This document shows positions 25,279 through 33,085 of a stretch of 64,000 bases of DNA, piece after piece (positions within the stretch are counted from its first letter, which is position 1; each line of letters opens with the position of its first letter). The notes below the pieces were generated by a model, which did no database searches, was not told where the DNA came from, and saw only the letters and a program-made list of their open reading frames with translations. The position numbers and the translations under genes are program-made. The DNA is from Holophagales bacterium UBA5704 (GTDB taxonomy: Bacteria; Acidobacteriota; Thermoanaerobaculia; Multivoradales; UBA5704), in contig DIHE01000147.1 of assembly GCA_002420005.1 (NCBI GenBank), positions 36,006 through 100,005 of the forward strand. The letters are read 5' to 3'.

Positions 25279-26063
25279 GACACCCTCCCGGGCAGGGCGA
25301 CCATCTCGGCCACCGCGGAGCCGAACGTCCGCTCGAAGACGCCGGACTCGATCAGCTCCCCGGCGCCGCCGGCCACCAGCGGCCCTCCCTTGGGCAGCAG
25401 CCAGAGGCGGTCGGCGTTGCGCAGGGCCAGCTCCAGATCGTGGGTCGACAGGAGGACGGCCTTGCCTTCGTCGTGCGCCAGCCGGCGCAGGATGCGCAGA
25501 ACCTCCACCCGGTGCGGCAGGTCGAGGAACGCCGTCACCTCGTCGAGGAGCAGCACCTCCGGCTCCTGCGCCAGGGCGCGCGCGATCATCACCTTTTGCC
25601 GCTCGCCGTCCGACAGCTCGGCGACGCTGCGGCCGGCCAGGTCCTGCGCTCCCACGGCGGCGAGGGACCGTTGGACGATCGCGTGATCGGCCGCGGCGAG
25701 CCGCCCCGACCAACCGGTGTACGGGTAGCGGCCGAGCTCCACCAGGGCGGTGGCGGTGAGCGCCTCGACGACGATGCGGTCGGTGAGCACCACGGCGAGA
25801 TGGCGGGCCAGCCGCCGCGGCCCCAGCTCCCGCAGATCCTCGCCGGCGACCACCACCCGCCCGGCGAGCGGCGGCTGCATGCCGGCCAGCGTGCGCAGCA
25901 AGGTGGACTTGCCGGCGCCGTTCGGCCCCAGGAAACAGACGAGCTCGCCGCGGCGCAGCACCGTCTCGATACCCTCCAGCACCGGCCGCGGCCGGCGATG
26001 CCGGACATAGCCGACCGCAAGCCCTTCGACGCGGAGCGGGGGCCGGTTTGCGTCGTCTCTCAT
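25275..26063 (-). CDS. ABC transporter ATP-binding protein (FepC/FecE/BtuD-like)
   Basis: Walker A GPNGAGKST, signature LSDGERQKV, Walker B LLLDEVT; ATGA overlaps on both sides. Confidence 0.85.
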   Translation of the reverse strand: MRDDANRPPLRVEGLAVGYVRHRRPRPVLEGIETVLRRGELVCFLGPNGAGKSTLLRTLAGMQPPLAGRVVVAGEDLRELGPRRLARHLAVVLTDRIVVEALTATALVELGRYPYTGWSGRLAAADHAIVQRSLAAVGAQDLAGRSVAELSDGERQKVMIARALAQEPEVLLLDEVTAFLDLPHRVEVLRILRRLAHDEGKAVLLSTHDLELALRNADRLWLLPKGGPLVAGGAGELIESGVFERTFGSAVAEMVALPGRVS

Positions 26064-27091
26064 AGCTCCAGGGCCCTCCCGCGGCGTTGGCGCAGGATCA
26101 CCCAGAGGACGACCGGCGCTCCGACCAGCGCGTTGACGGCGTTCAGATGCAGAAAATGGCGGTCCCAGGGGAGATGGACGATCAGGTCCGCGCCCAGGGC
26201 GAGGAGCGCCCCCAGGAGAGCCACCCCCGGCACCAGCCGCCGGTGGTCCGAGGTGCGCAGCAGGCCCCGGCCGAGATGGGGGACGGCGATGTCGAGAAAC
26301 GCGATGGCCCCGCAATACGCCGTCACGGTGCCGGCGAGGACGACCGTCCCCAGGAGCGCCGCGGTGCGCACGCCACCCACCGCGGCCCCCAGCGACCGCG
26401 CGTAGCGCTCGCCGAGCAGGAGCGCATTGAGCGGCTTCACCAGGAGCACCGCACCGAGGAGACCCGCCAGCAGAGCGGGGACGAGCACCCCCAGCCGCGC
26501 CGGGGTGACGCCGCCGAAGCTGCCATCCAGCCAGTTGGAGAAGATCCGGCTCTGGGTCTCGGTGGTGAAGTGGAGGACCAGGCTGACCAGACCCTGCGAC
26601 AAATACCCGAACATCAACCCGACGATGAGCAAGGTGACCGCGCTCACCTGCCGCGCAGCCGCGGTGACCGCCAGCAGCACCAGAGACGCACCGAGGAAGG
26701 CCCCGGCGGTCAGCGACAGCTCGCCGAGCCAGGCGAGGCGCGCCAGGAGCTCCGAGCCCACCGCCGCCGCCGCGGTCACCACCAGGGCCACGCCGAGCTG
26801 CGCCCCGGCCGTGACGCCGAGCGCCCAGGGGCCGGCGAGGGGATTGCGGAAGAGTGTCTGCATCTGGAGCCCCGCGACCGCCAGGGCGGCGCCGGACAAC
26901 GCCGCCGCCAACGCCCGCGGCAGGCGCAGCTCGAAGAGGATGGTCGACCAGGTGGCCTTCGCCGCCGCACCGCCACCGAGAAGGGAGAGCACGTCGCGCA
27001 GCGGAATGGCCACCGAGCCGATCGACAGGCTGAGCAGAAACAGGGCCACCACCGCGACGGCCAACAGCAGGAGCAAGGCGCCGGATCGCAT
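26060..27091 (-). CDS. FecCD-family iron-siderophore/cobalamin ABC permease
   Basis: ~10 TM segments, BtuC/FhuB-like motifs; ATG overlapping SBP stop. Confidence 0.8.
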   Translation of the reverse strand: MRSGALLLLLAVAVVALFLLSLSIGSVAIPLRDVLSLLGGGAAAKATWSTILFELRLPRALAAALSGAALAVAGLQMQTLFRNPLAGPWALGVTAGAQLGVALVVTAAAAVGSELLARLAWLGELSLTAGAFLGASLVLLAVTAAARQVSAVTLLIVGLMFGYLSQGLVSLVLHFTTETQSRIFSNWLDGSFGGVTPARLGVLVPALLAGLLGAVLLVKPLNALLLGERYARSLGAAVGGVRTAALLGTVVLAGTVTAYCGAIAFLDIAVPHLGRGLLRTSDHRRLVPGVALLGALLALGADLIVHLPWDRHFLHLNAVNALVGAPVVLWVILRQRRGRALEL

Positions 27092-28293
27092 CACCCTCTC
27101 TCCACCGCGGCGAAGAACAACGGCCGATGGCCGGGCAGCAGGTCCGGATGGAGCACCGCCACCAGATCGGCCAGCACCAGGTCCGGCCGCACCAGGGCGG
27201 TCTCGTTCCAGTCGTAGGCCCCGGTGGCGAGATCGACCCGCCGGTGGTAGTGCCAGGCGCGTCCCTCGCGCCAGGCGCGCAGCGCGTTCAGATCGAACCG
27301 GGCGTTCCACTCCCGCTCGCTCCGCGCGTTGGTGATCCACACCTCGGCGCTCCCCGCCCGATCGAGCAGGGCTCCGGTGTCCAGCGCCGCCCAGGGGCCG
27401 GCCGTGGGGTCGGCGAGCACGTTCACCGCCCCCGCCTCGGCGAGCAGCCGCGCCTCCGGCCCGCTGCGCTCCACCCACCAGCGGTCGCCGTCCGTGGGAC
27501 CGCCCCAGAAGGCCGTCCGCGGGGCCGGCACGGTGCGCGCCGTCTCCGCCAGCTCCTGATAGCGGCTTTCCACGCCGGCATAGAAGCGCTCCGCCGCGGC
27601 CTCCGCATTGAAGAAGAGGGCGACATATTTCACCCATTCCGCCTGGGCGAGCACGTCCGACTCCGACCACGCATAGGTGGGCGCGGCGGCGAGACCCAGC
27701 GCGCGGAGCCGCCGTGGCCCTTCGGCGCGGGCCGGATCGGCCGCGAAGAGAAGCGTCAGGTCCGGCCGCAGCTCGACGAGCGTCTCGTAGTTGGGTGCCC
27801 CGTGCGAGGCGTCGCCGATCAGCGGCAGCTCCCCCGCCTCCCAACGCCGCCGCAGAACCGGATCGAAGATCTTCTCGCTGCCCAGGGCGACGATCCGCTC
27901 CGCCAGCCCCAGGGCCGTGAGCCGGGCCGCGTCGCTCGGCGCCCCCACCGCCACCGTCCGCGCCGGCACCTCGACCACCGACGCCCCGGCGAGCTCTCCG
28001 GTGAGCGGCGGCGCCGGCGTGCCGCATTGGACCAGGACCAGCGTCTCCTCGCCGCGCCCTCCGCCGTGCCCGTCGCGCGCCCGCAGCCGCACCACCTTGT
28101 AGTGGCCGGCATAAGTCACCGAGAAGTGGGCCGCGTGGCGAATCTCCACCTTGTCCGGGAAGAGATCGGCTCCCACCTCGAACCGCTCGACACACCCCGC
28201 CCGGATCGGCTCCGCCGCGGGAGCACCCACAACACCGCCCCGGCCGCAACCGGCCAACGCGAGGGTCCCCAGCACCAGGAGGGCACGCCTCAT
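27091..28293 (-). CDS. Periplasmic substrate-binding lipoprotein (TroA/BtuF-like class III SBP)
   Basis: Lipobox LALAGCG; conserved PBP fold residues; start ATG 28293 (MRRALLVLG) overlapping TBDR stop. Confidence 0.7.
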   Translation of the reverse strand: MRRALLVLGTLALAGCGRGGVVGAPAAEPIRAGCVERFEVGADLFPDKVEIRHAAHFSVTYAGHYKVVRLRARDGHGGGRGEETLVLVQCGTPAPPLTGELAGASVVEVPARTVAVGAPSDAARLTALGLAERIVALGSEKIFDPVLRRRWEAGELPLIGDASHGAPNYETLVELRPDLTLLFAADPARAEGPRRLRALGLAAAPTYAWSESDVLAQAEWVKYVALFFNAEAAAERFYAGVESRYQELAETARTVPAPRTAFWGGPTDGDRWWVERSGPEARLLAEAGAVNVLADPTAGPWAALDTGALLDRAGSAEVWITNARSEREWNARFDLNALRAWREGRAWHYHRRVDLATGAYDWNETALVRPDLVLADLVAVLHPDLLPGHRPLFFAAVERG

Positions 28294-30347
28294 GGGCGCG
28301 GCCCCATCTGCCAACGGACACCGCCGAAGATCTGGCGCGGCGCACCGAGCGTCCGGCCGCCGAACGTGCCGATGGCGTAGCGCTCCCCCGCCAGGTTCTC
28401 GACGAGCGCGAACAGCTCGAGCCCGTGCCCCACGGGAACCGAGGCGAACAGGTCGACCACCTGGTGGGCGTCGAGCGCCGTGCGGTTCTGACCGTCGACG
28501 AACCGCTCGCCGAGATGGCGACCGCGCACCGTCACGCCGCCCCCCCGGGCGGGGGCATAGCGCAGCGAGAGCGACGCGGCCTCCTCGGAGACGCCGGGAA
28601 GCCTCTTCCCTTCGAGCGTCCGGTTCACCGGGTTCTCCCGGATCACCGCATCCGTCCAGGTGTAGGAGGCCGTCGCCGACCAGGACTCGCCGAAGCGCAG
28701 GTCGAGCATCGTCTCCACCCCGTCGCTGCGGCTGCGGTCGACGTTCTGCGCCTCCAGCGTGAAGACCGGGACGAAGCGGGTGGCCACGTAGGTGATCCGA
28801 TCGCCCACCTCGTTGCGGAAGGCGTTGACCTGCGCGCGCAGCGGGCCGGCTGTGAGGTCGATCCCCACCTCGGCGCCTTCCAGGATCTCGGGCTTCAGGT
28901 CCGGATTGGCCAGCAGCTCCGAGCCGGTGAGCGAGGTGGACCGGTAGAGCTCATCCAGATTGGGGGCACGAAACGCCCGGTAGGCGGAGCCCCGCAGGGC
29001 GAACCCGGGCCGAAGCTGCCAGCGCAGGGCCAGACGCGGATTGACCTCCGTGGCGGTCTGGTCCGGAAAGCGGATCGAGCCCCCCGGACGCAGCGTCTGC
29101 TGGCCGTCACGGTTGCGCCAATGGTCGAGCCGGGCACCCAGAAGGATTTCAAAAGTGGCAGCAGGGAAGACGCTCACCTCGGCGAACAGACCCGCGGACT
29201 CCTGCGTGCCACCGCCGATCTGGAGCCGGTCGAACACCCCCGGGGCCTTGAAGTTGCGCGACCGGTCCTCGCCTTCGATACGGCGCAGGTCGACGCCGGC
29301 CACCACCGAAGAGACGCGGGGACCCGGCGCTCCGGTCCACACCGCCGAGAGGCCCGCGTCCCGGCTCGGCGTCACGTGCGCGTTCGACACGTACTCGCTC
29401 GTCCGGCCCCCGAAGAACGGCACCTCCACGTTGTCCGTCCGCATCTCACGGTCGCGGAAGAAGAAGCGGGCGTCGAGCAGCCCGTCCTCCCCCAAGCGGC
29501 TCCGACCGCCGGCCGCGAGGTCCCAACCCTCCCGGGAGTGGCGGCTCAAACGGGTACCGGCATTCCCCTCCTGGTCGAGCGCCCCGCCCCGCACGAACCA
29601 GCTCAGAGAGGGCGTCGCCTGGCCCTCCACCCGAACCTGAAGATCCAGCGCCTCGGAACGCGACGGCACGTCGATCGGTCCGCGCGCCGCGGGCTCCAGG
29701 GTCAGATAGCCGTCGGTGTCGGAGCGGTTTGCGTTGACGCTCCAGCCGAGGTCGTCGCGCAGCCTCCGGGCTCCGTAGAGGTTGAGCTGCGACGTCCCGT
29801 GCGAGCCGTAGAGCGCCCGTGCGGTGAGCGCCCGGCCGGCGATGGGACGGGTGAGCAGCTGGATGGTCCCGCCCAGGGCATAGCTGCCGTACAGGCTGGA
29901 GCCGCCACCGCGCGCCACCTCCACCCGGTCCAGCGCTTCGAGCGGAGCGGCATCGAACGCGGTGAATCCGAAAAACGGATCGTTCATCGGCTCGCCGTCG
30001 AGCAGCACCAGGGCACGCCCGCCGCCCAGACCGCGCATCGAGACGAAGCTCGCGAGCGGATGGAGCACCACACTGCTGCCGAGCGGCAGGCTCACCCCCG
30101 CCACCGTGCGCAACAGGCCGTCCGTGGTGAGCGCCGGAGCGGTTTCGATGTCCTCGCGGCCGATCACCGACACGCTCACCGGCACCGTCTCGGCCGACCG
30201 TTCGCTGCGCGTCGCCGTCACCGTGATCTCCTCGCGCAGCTCTCCTTGCGGCTCTCTGCGCGGCTCCTGTGCAAAAGCCCCGGCCGCCAACAGCAACCCC
30301 ACGCCGGCCGCGAGGCGGCCGGCCCTCCACGTTCTGCTTTTCGTCAT
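28290..30347 (-). CDS. TonB-dependent outer-membrane receptor
   Basis: Signal peptide, TonB box-like EEITVTATR, plug domain then beta-barrel repeats; heads the ABC importer operon. Confidence 0.85.
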   Translation of the reverse strand: MTKSRTWRAGRLAAGVGLLLAAGAFAQEPRREPQGELREEITVTATRSERSAETVPVSVSVIGREDIETAPALTTDGLLRTVAGVSLPLGSSVVLHPLASFVSMRGLGGGRALVLLDGEPMNDPFFGFTAFDAAPLEALDRVEVARGGGSSLYGSYALGGTIQLLTRPIAGRALTARALYGSHGTSQLNLYGARRLRDDLGWSVNANRSDTDGYLTLEPAARGPIDVPSRSEALDLQVRVEGQATPSLSWFVRGGALDQEGNAGTRLSRHSREGWDLAAGGRSRLGEDGLLDARFFFRDREMRTDNVEVPFFGGRTSEYVSNAHVTPSRDAGLSAVWTGAPGPRVSSVVAGVDLRRIEGEDRSRNFKAPGVFDRLQIGGGTQESAGLFAEVSVFPAATFEILLGARLDHWRNRDGQQTLRPGGSIRFPDQTATEVNPRLALRWQLRPGFALRGSAYRAFRAPNLDELYRSTSLTGSELLANPDLKPEILEGAEVGIDLTAGPLRAQVNAFRNEVGDRITYVATRFVPVFTLEAQNVDRSRSDGVETMLDLRFGESWSATASYTWTDAVIRENPVNRTLEGKRLPGVSEEAASLSLRYAPARGGGVTVRGRHLGERFVDGQNRTALDAHQVVDLFASVPVGHGLELFALVENLAGERYAIGTFGGRTLGAPRQIFGGVRWQMGPRP

Positions 30348-30507
30348 GACCCCATCCTCGTGAGCGAAACGTTCTTTCGATCACGGCGGGCAGGCACACC
30401 TCGGCCCTGGACGCGAACGCCCTTTTCAGCGCGCAGCTTGACCAGGCGGGCGCAAAGCTCCGCCATCGCCGTGCCAACGGCACCACCAACGAAACGTTTT
30501 TATCGGG

Positions 30508-30891
30508 TCAAACGAGCAGAGAGGGGGGACCGCGGGAGGCGAGGAGCCCAACGGCGCCGGGGGAAGGGCGCAGCTCTCCGCCCAACAGGAGAACGCCGAC
30601 GGGAGCGATCCGCGGCGCCAACGCAGCCGGTGCCGCTTGTGTACCGATCGAGCGGAGCAGATGGAGGCAGGCCGGGCAGGGGTGCGCGTGCGAGGCGACC
30701 CCCGCCTCTTCCAGGTGCAGCGGCGCAAAGGGATGCGCCGCCGCGGCAAACACTTCCTGCCGTCCGGAGAGCGACTCCGTCTGGAACGGGTGGTCGCTGT
30801 GCCGGTCGATCCCTCCGAGCAGCGACACCACCGCGATCACCAGCGCCAAGCTGGCTCGCATCGCAGAGTGGAGTCGGAACGGAGACGACAT
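30508..30891 (-). CDS. Hypothetical small secreted His-rich protein
   Basis: Predicted signal peptide MRASLALVIAVVSLLGG, His-rich HSDHPF / AAAHPFAPLHLEE / SHAHPCPAC; GC3 bias decays toward 3' end so partly uncertain. Confidence 0.3.
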   Translation of the reverse strand: MSSPFRLHSAMRASLALVIAVVSLLGGIDRHSDHPFQTESLSGRQEVFAAAAHPFAPLHLEEAGVASHAHPCPACLHLLRSIGTQAAPAALAPRIAPVGVLLLGGELRPSPGAVGLLASRGPPSLLV

Positions 30892-30975
30892 AGCCCTTTT
30901 TGATACCACGGGGCCGGAGGAATGTCAACGTTTTGCCGGCCTCCGGCATCCCTTTCTAAAAACCCCCGAACGCTT

Positions 30976-32376
30976 CTAGGGGCAGCTCGGCACGCCGGCG
31001 GTCGGCTTCACGCCGTTGCCGCCCAGCAGGTCGTCGCTGCCGGCGAAGGCCAGAAAGTCGATCTGGTACGCCTGGACCGCCGGCTCCCCCTCGCAAACGT
31101 TCTGCTGCAACAGGTCATAACCGTTCTGAGCCGTCCACGTCGTCCCCTGGAAGGCGGCATCCACCCGCAGCTTGAACAGGCTCAGGTGTCCGCCGTCCGC
31201 GGCCCCGCCCTCGGAGTGGAGGTCCCAGAAGAAGCGCAGCCAGTCGAGCTCCGTGCCCTCATTGTCGGCGGTGTCGTCGCACACCCGCTGGGCGAACCGG
31301 TTGGACTCGTAAGGCGCCACCATGTTGAAAGCGGTCTGCCCCTCGAGGCGGATGTCGCGGGGAAAGCCGAGGTCGTCCTTGTAGTAGGTGAACCGCCCCG
31401 TGGCCTGGTTGTGGTCGTTGTAGGCGTCCGCGGAAAGGAAGTGTCCGAAGCCCTCCATGATCGCGTCGCTGGTGTACTCCAGCGAGGTCAACGCATGGAG
31501 CTCGCCGGCGCTGTCGCAGGCGGCGCCCCCGCCGGCCAGGGTGTAGGCCGCCAGGCCCCCGTGAAGGTACTTCTTCGTGCCGAACGTGGCGAACTGGTGG
31601 CTCTCCTCCAGAGTATGCCCCACCTCGTGACCGACCAGGAACTTCTGCCGGTACTTATGCTCGGTCGTGTCGTCGATGTTGACCAGGATCTCGTCGCCGC
31701 CCAGATTCGGGTGCCAGCCGGCGTTCGAGCACGGCGTGTCCAAGGTGGGGCAACCGTCCGCATGGCGCACGGTGACCGTGAAGTCGTGGTCGAGCGCCGC
31801 CGGGTCGAAGTGGTGCCACCAGTAGAGCGGATAGGCGGCCAGGGCCTGGAGGGTTACCTCGGCCGCGGCGCAGGGGATGTCGAAGTATTTCTTGCCAGGC
31901 CCCGAGAGCACGCCGCTCAGGCCGGTGCAGACGATCGGCTTGCAGTAGTCGGCCTCCCCGCTGTGATCGGCGAACGGATCGTCGTTGCAGCTCGTCGGCG
32001 TGCCGCTGCGGGTGCGCACCCGGATGTGGTCCAGGATCAGCGAGTCCAGGTAGAACGCGATCGCCACCTTGCCACCGGCGGGGACGTCCGCCTCGGGCAG
32101 CAGGAAGCAGCCGTTGAGGTTGCTGGCGTAGCCCTGCTGGATGACGTCCATCGTGTCGGGATCGAGCACCTGGTACGCCGCCCCGCGGGCCTTCCAGTAG
32201 GGCCAGACCTCGTCGTTGACGGCGTAGTAGTCCTCGAAGTCGACGCCCAGGCCGCTGTCGACCGTCTCCACCGGATAGCGCAGGCAGACCTCCTGATCGG
32301 CCGCCTGGGCCGCGACCGCCGAAGCGAGCAGGGTGATCGCCGCTCCCAAGAGCGCCTTCCTCGTTCGATCTCTCAT
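30976..32376 (-). CDS. Secreted zinc metalloprotease-like protein (HExxH zincin motif)
   Basis: Signal peptide ending AQA; FLVGHEVGHTLEE zincin motif; many Cys (probable disulfides); GGAGGG RBS. Confidence 0.65.
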   Translation of the reverse strand: MRDRTRKALLGAAITLLASAVAAQAADQEVCLRYPVETVDSGLGVDFEDYYAVNDEVWPYWKARGAAYQVLDPDTMDVIQQGYASNLNGCFLLPEADVPAGGKVAIAFYLDSLILDHIRVRTRSGTPTSCNDDPFADHSGEADYCKPIVCTGLSGVLSGPGKKYFDIPCAAAEVTLQALAAYPLYWWHHFDPAALDHDFTVTVRHADGCPTLDTPCSNAGWHPNLGGDEILVNIDDTTEHKYRQKFLVGHEVGHTLEESHQFATFGTKKYLHGGLAAYTLAGGGAACDSAGELHALTSLEYTSDAIMEGFGHFLSADAYNDHNQATGRFTYYKDDLGFPRDIRLEGQTAFNMVAPYESNRFAQRVCDDTADNEGTELDWLRFFWDLHSEGGAADGGHLSLFKLRVDAAFQGTTWTAQNGYDLLQQNVCEGEPAVQAYQIDFLAFAGSDDLLGGNGVKPTAGVPSCP

Positions 32377-33041
32377 GGAATGGTTCCCTCCTGCGGACCG
32401 CCGTCGTTGTCGGTGAGCGCCAGCCCGGCACCGAGGCTGCCGACGCCGCCCAGCCGCAGCCCCCGGGCGGTGGCCCAGCGGCGCAGCGCGACGGCCCGGC
32501 CGGCGAAATCTCCGGCACCGAACTGATCGAGAAAGGCGCCGGTTCGGTAGACCGCGATCCCGCCCCCCTGCGGGTGCAGGTAGGCATGGGGCGAATAGGC
32601 GACATGGGCGACCGGTCCTGTGCTCTCCCGCCGGGCGATGCCCTTGGCCACCAGCCGGCCGGCGAGCTGCAGCGAGGTGAAGCTGTACTGGAAGGCCGCG
32701 AGGTTCACGGTCACGACCGCGGTCGATTTCGCCTTGACGACGACCTCACCCGCATCGATCGTCTTGCGAACCGCGTCGAGGGCGCCGCCGACCCGCACCC
32801 GCACCCGCAGGGTGGCCTTCGTGTTGTTGGTGACGGCGAGATGGACGAGCGGCACCGAGAGGTTGACGATCGAGGCCTCGCTCGGCAGCTCCTGCCAGGT
32901 GAGCCCGAGCGGAGGCGTTCCGGTCCCCTCGTTGCAGGCCGCTCCGGACGCTCCGGCCGTGAGCTGCCCCTGCGCCGAACCGGCGGGCAGGAAGGCGAGG
33001 AGCCCTGTCAGGAAAAGGGTTGGGATTCTGGGCGTTTTCAT
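32373..33041 (-). CDS. Secreted hypothetical protein co-transcribed with metalloprotease
   Basis: Signal peptide MKTPRIPTLFLTGLLAFLPAGSAQG; ATGA overlap with downstream metalloprotease gene. Confidence 0.5.
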   Translation of the reverse strand: MKTPRIPTLFLTGLLAFLPAGSAQGQLTAGASGAACNEGTGTPPLGLTWQELPSEASIVNLSVPLVHLAVTNNTKATLRVRVRVGGALDAVRKTIDAGEVVVKAKSTAVVTVNLAAFQYSFTSLQLAGRLVAKGIARRESTGPVAHVAYSPHAYLHPQGGGIAVYRTGAFLDQFGAGDFAGRAVALRRWATARGLRLGGVGSLGAGLALTDNDGGPQEGTIP

Positions 33042-33061
33042 GCCCAGTCAGGCGATTGACC

Positions 33062-33073
33062 ACGAACGTTCGT
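33062..33073. promoter_or_regulatory. Perfect 12-bp palindrome ACGAACGTTCGT in promoter/5'UTR of secreted-protein/metalloprotease operon
   Basis: Self-complementary 12-mer about 20-30 nt upstream of ATG 33041 (minus strand), adjacent TTGACC. Confidence 0.3.
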
Positions 33074-33085
33074 TACTTGCCGGCC

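Noticed and set aside
22084-25686. 1200-aa plus-strand ORF spanning the Crp, FtsX and ATPase genes
   Set aside because: Antisense to three well-supported minus-strand genes, and its translation is low complexity (R/G/A/P rich).
30915-30949. GCCGGAGG/CCTCCGGC hairpin downstream of the metalloprotease operon
   Set aside because: Long 19-nt loop and no U-tract on the transcribed (minus) strand, so it is not a convincing intrinsic terminator. It is kept only as a note.
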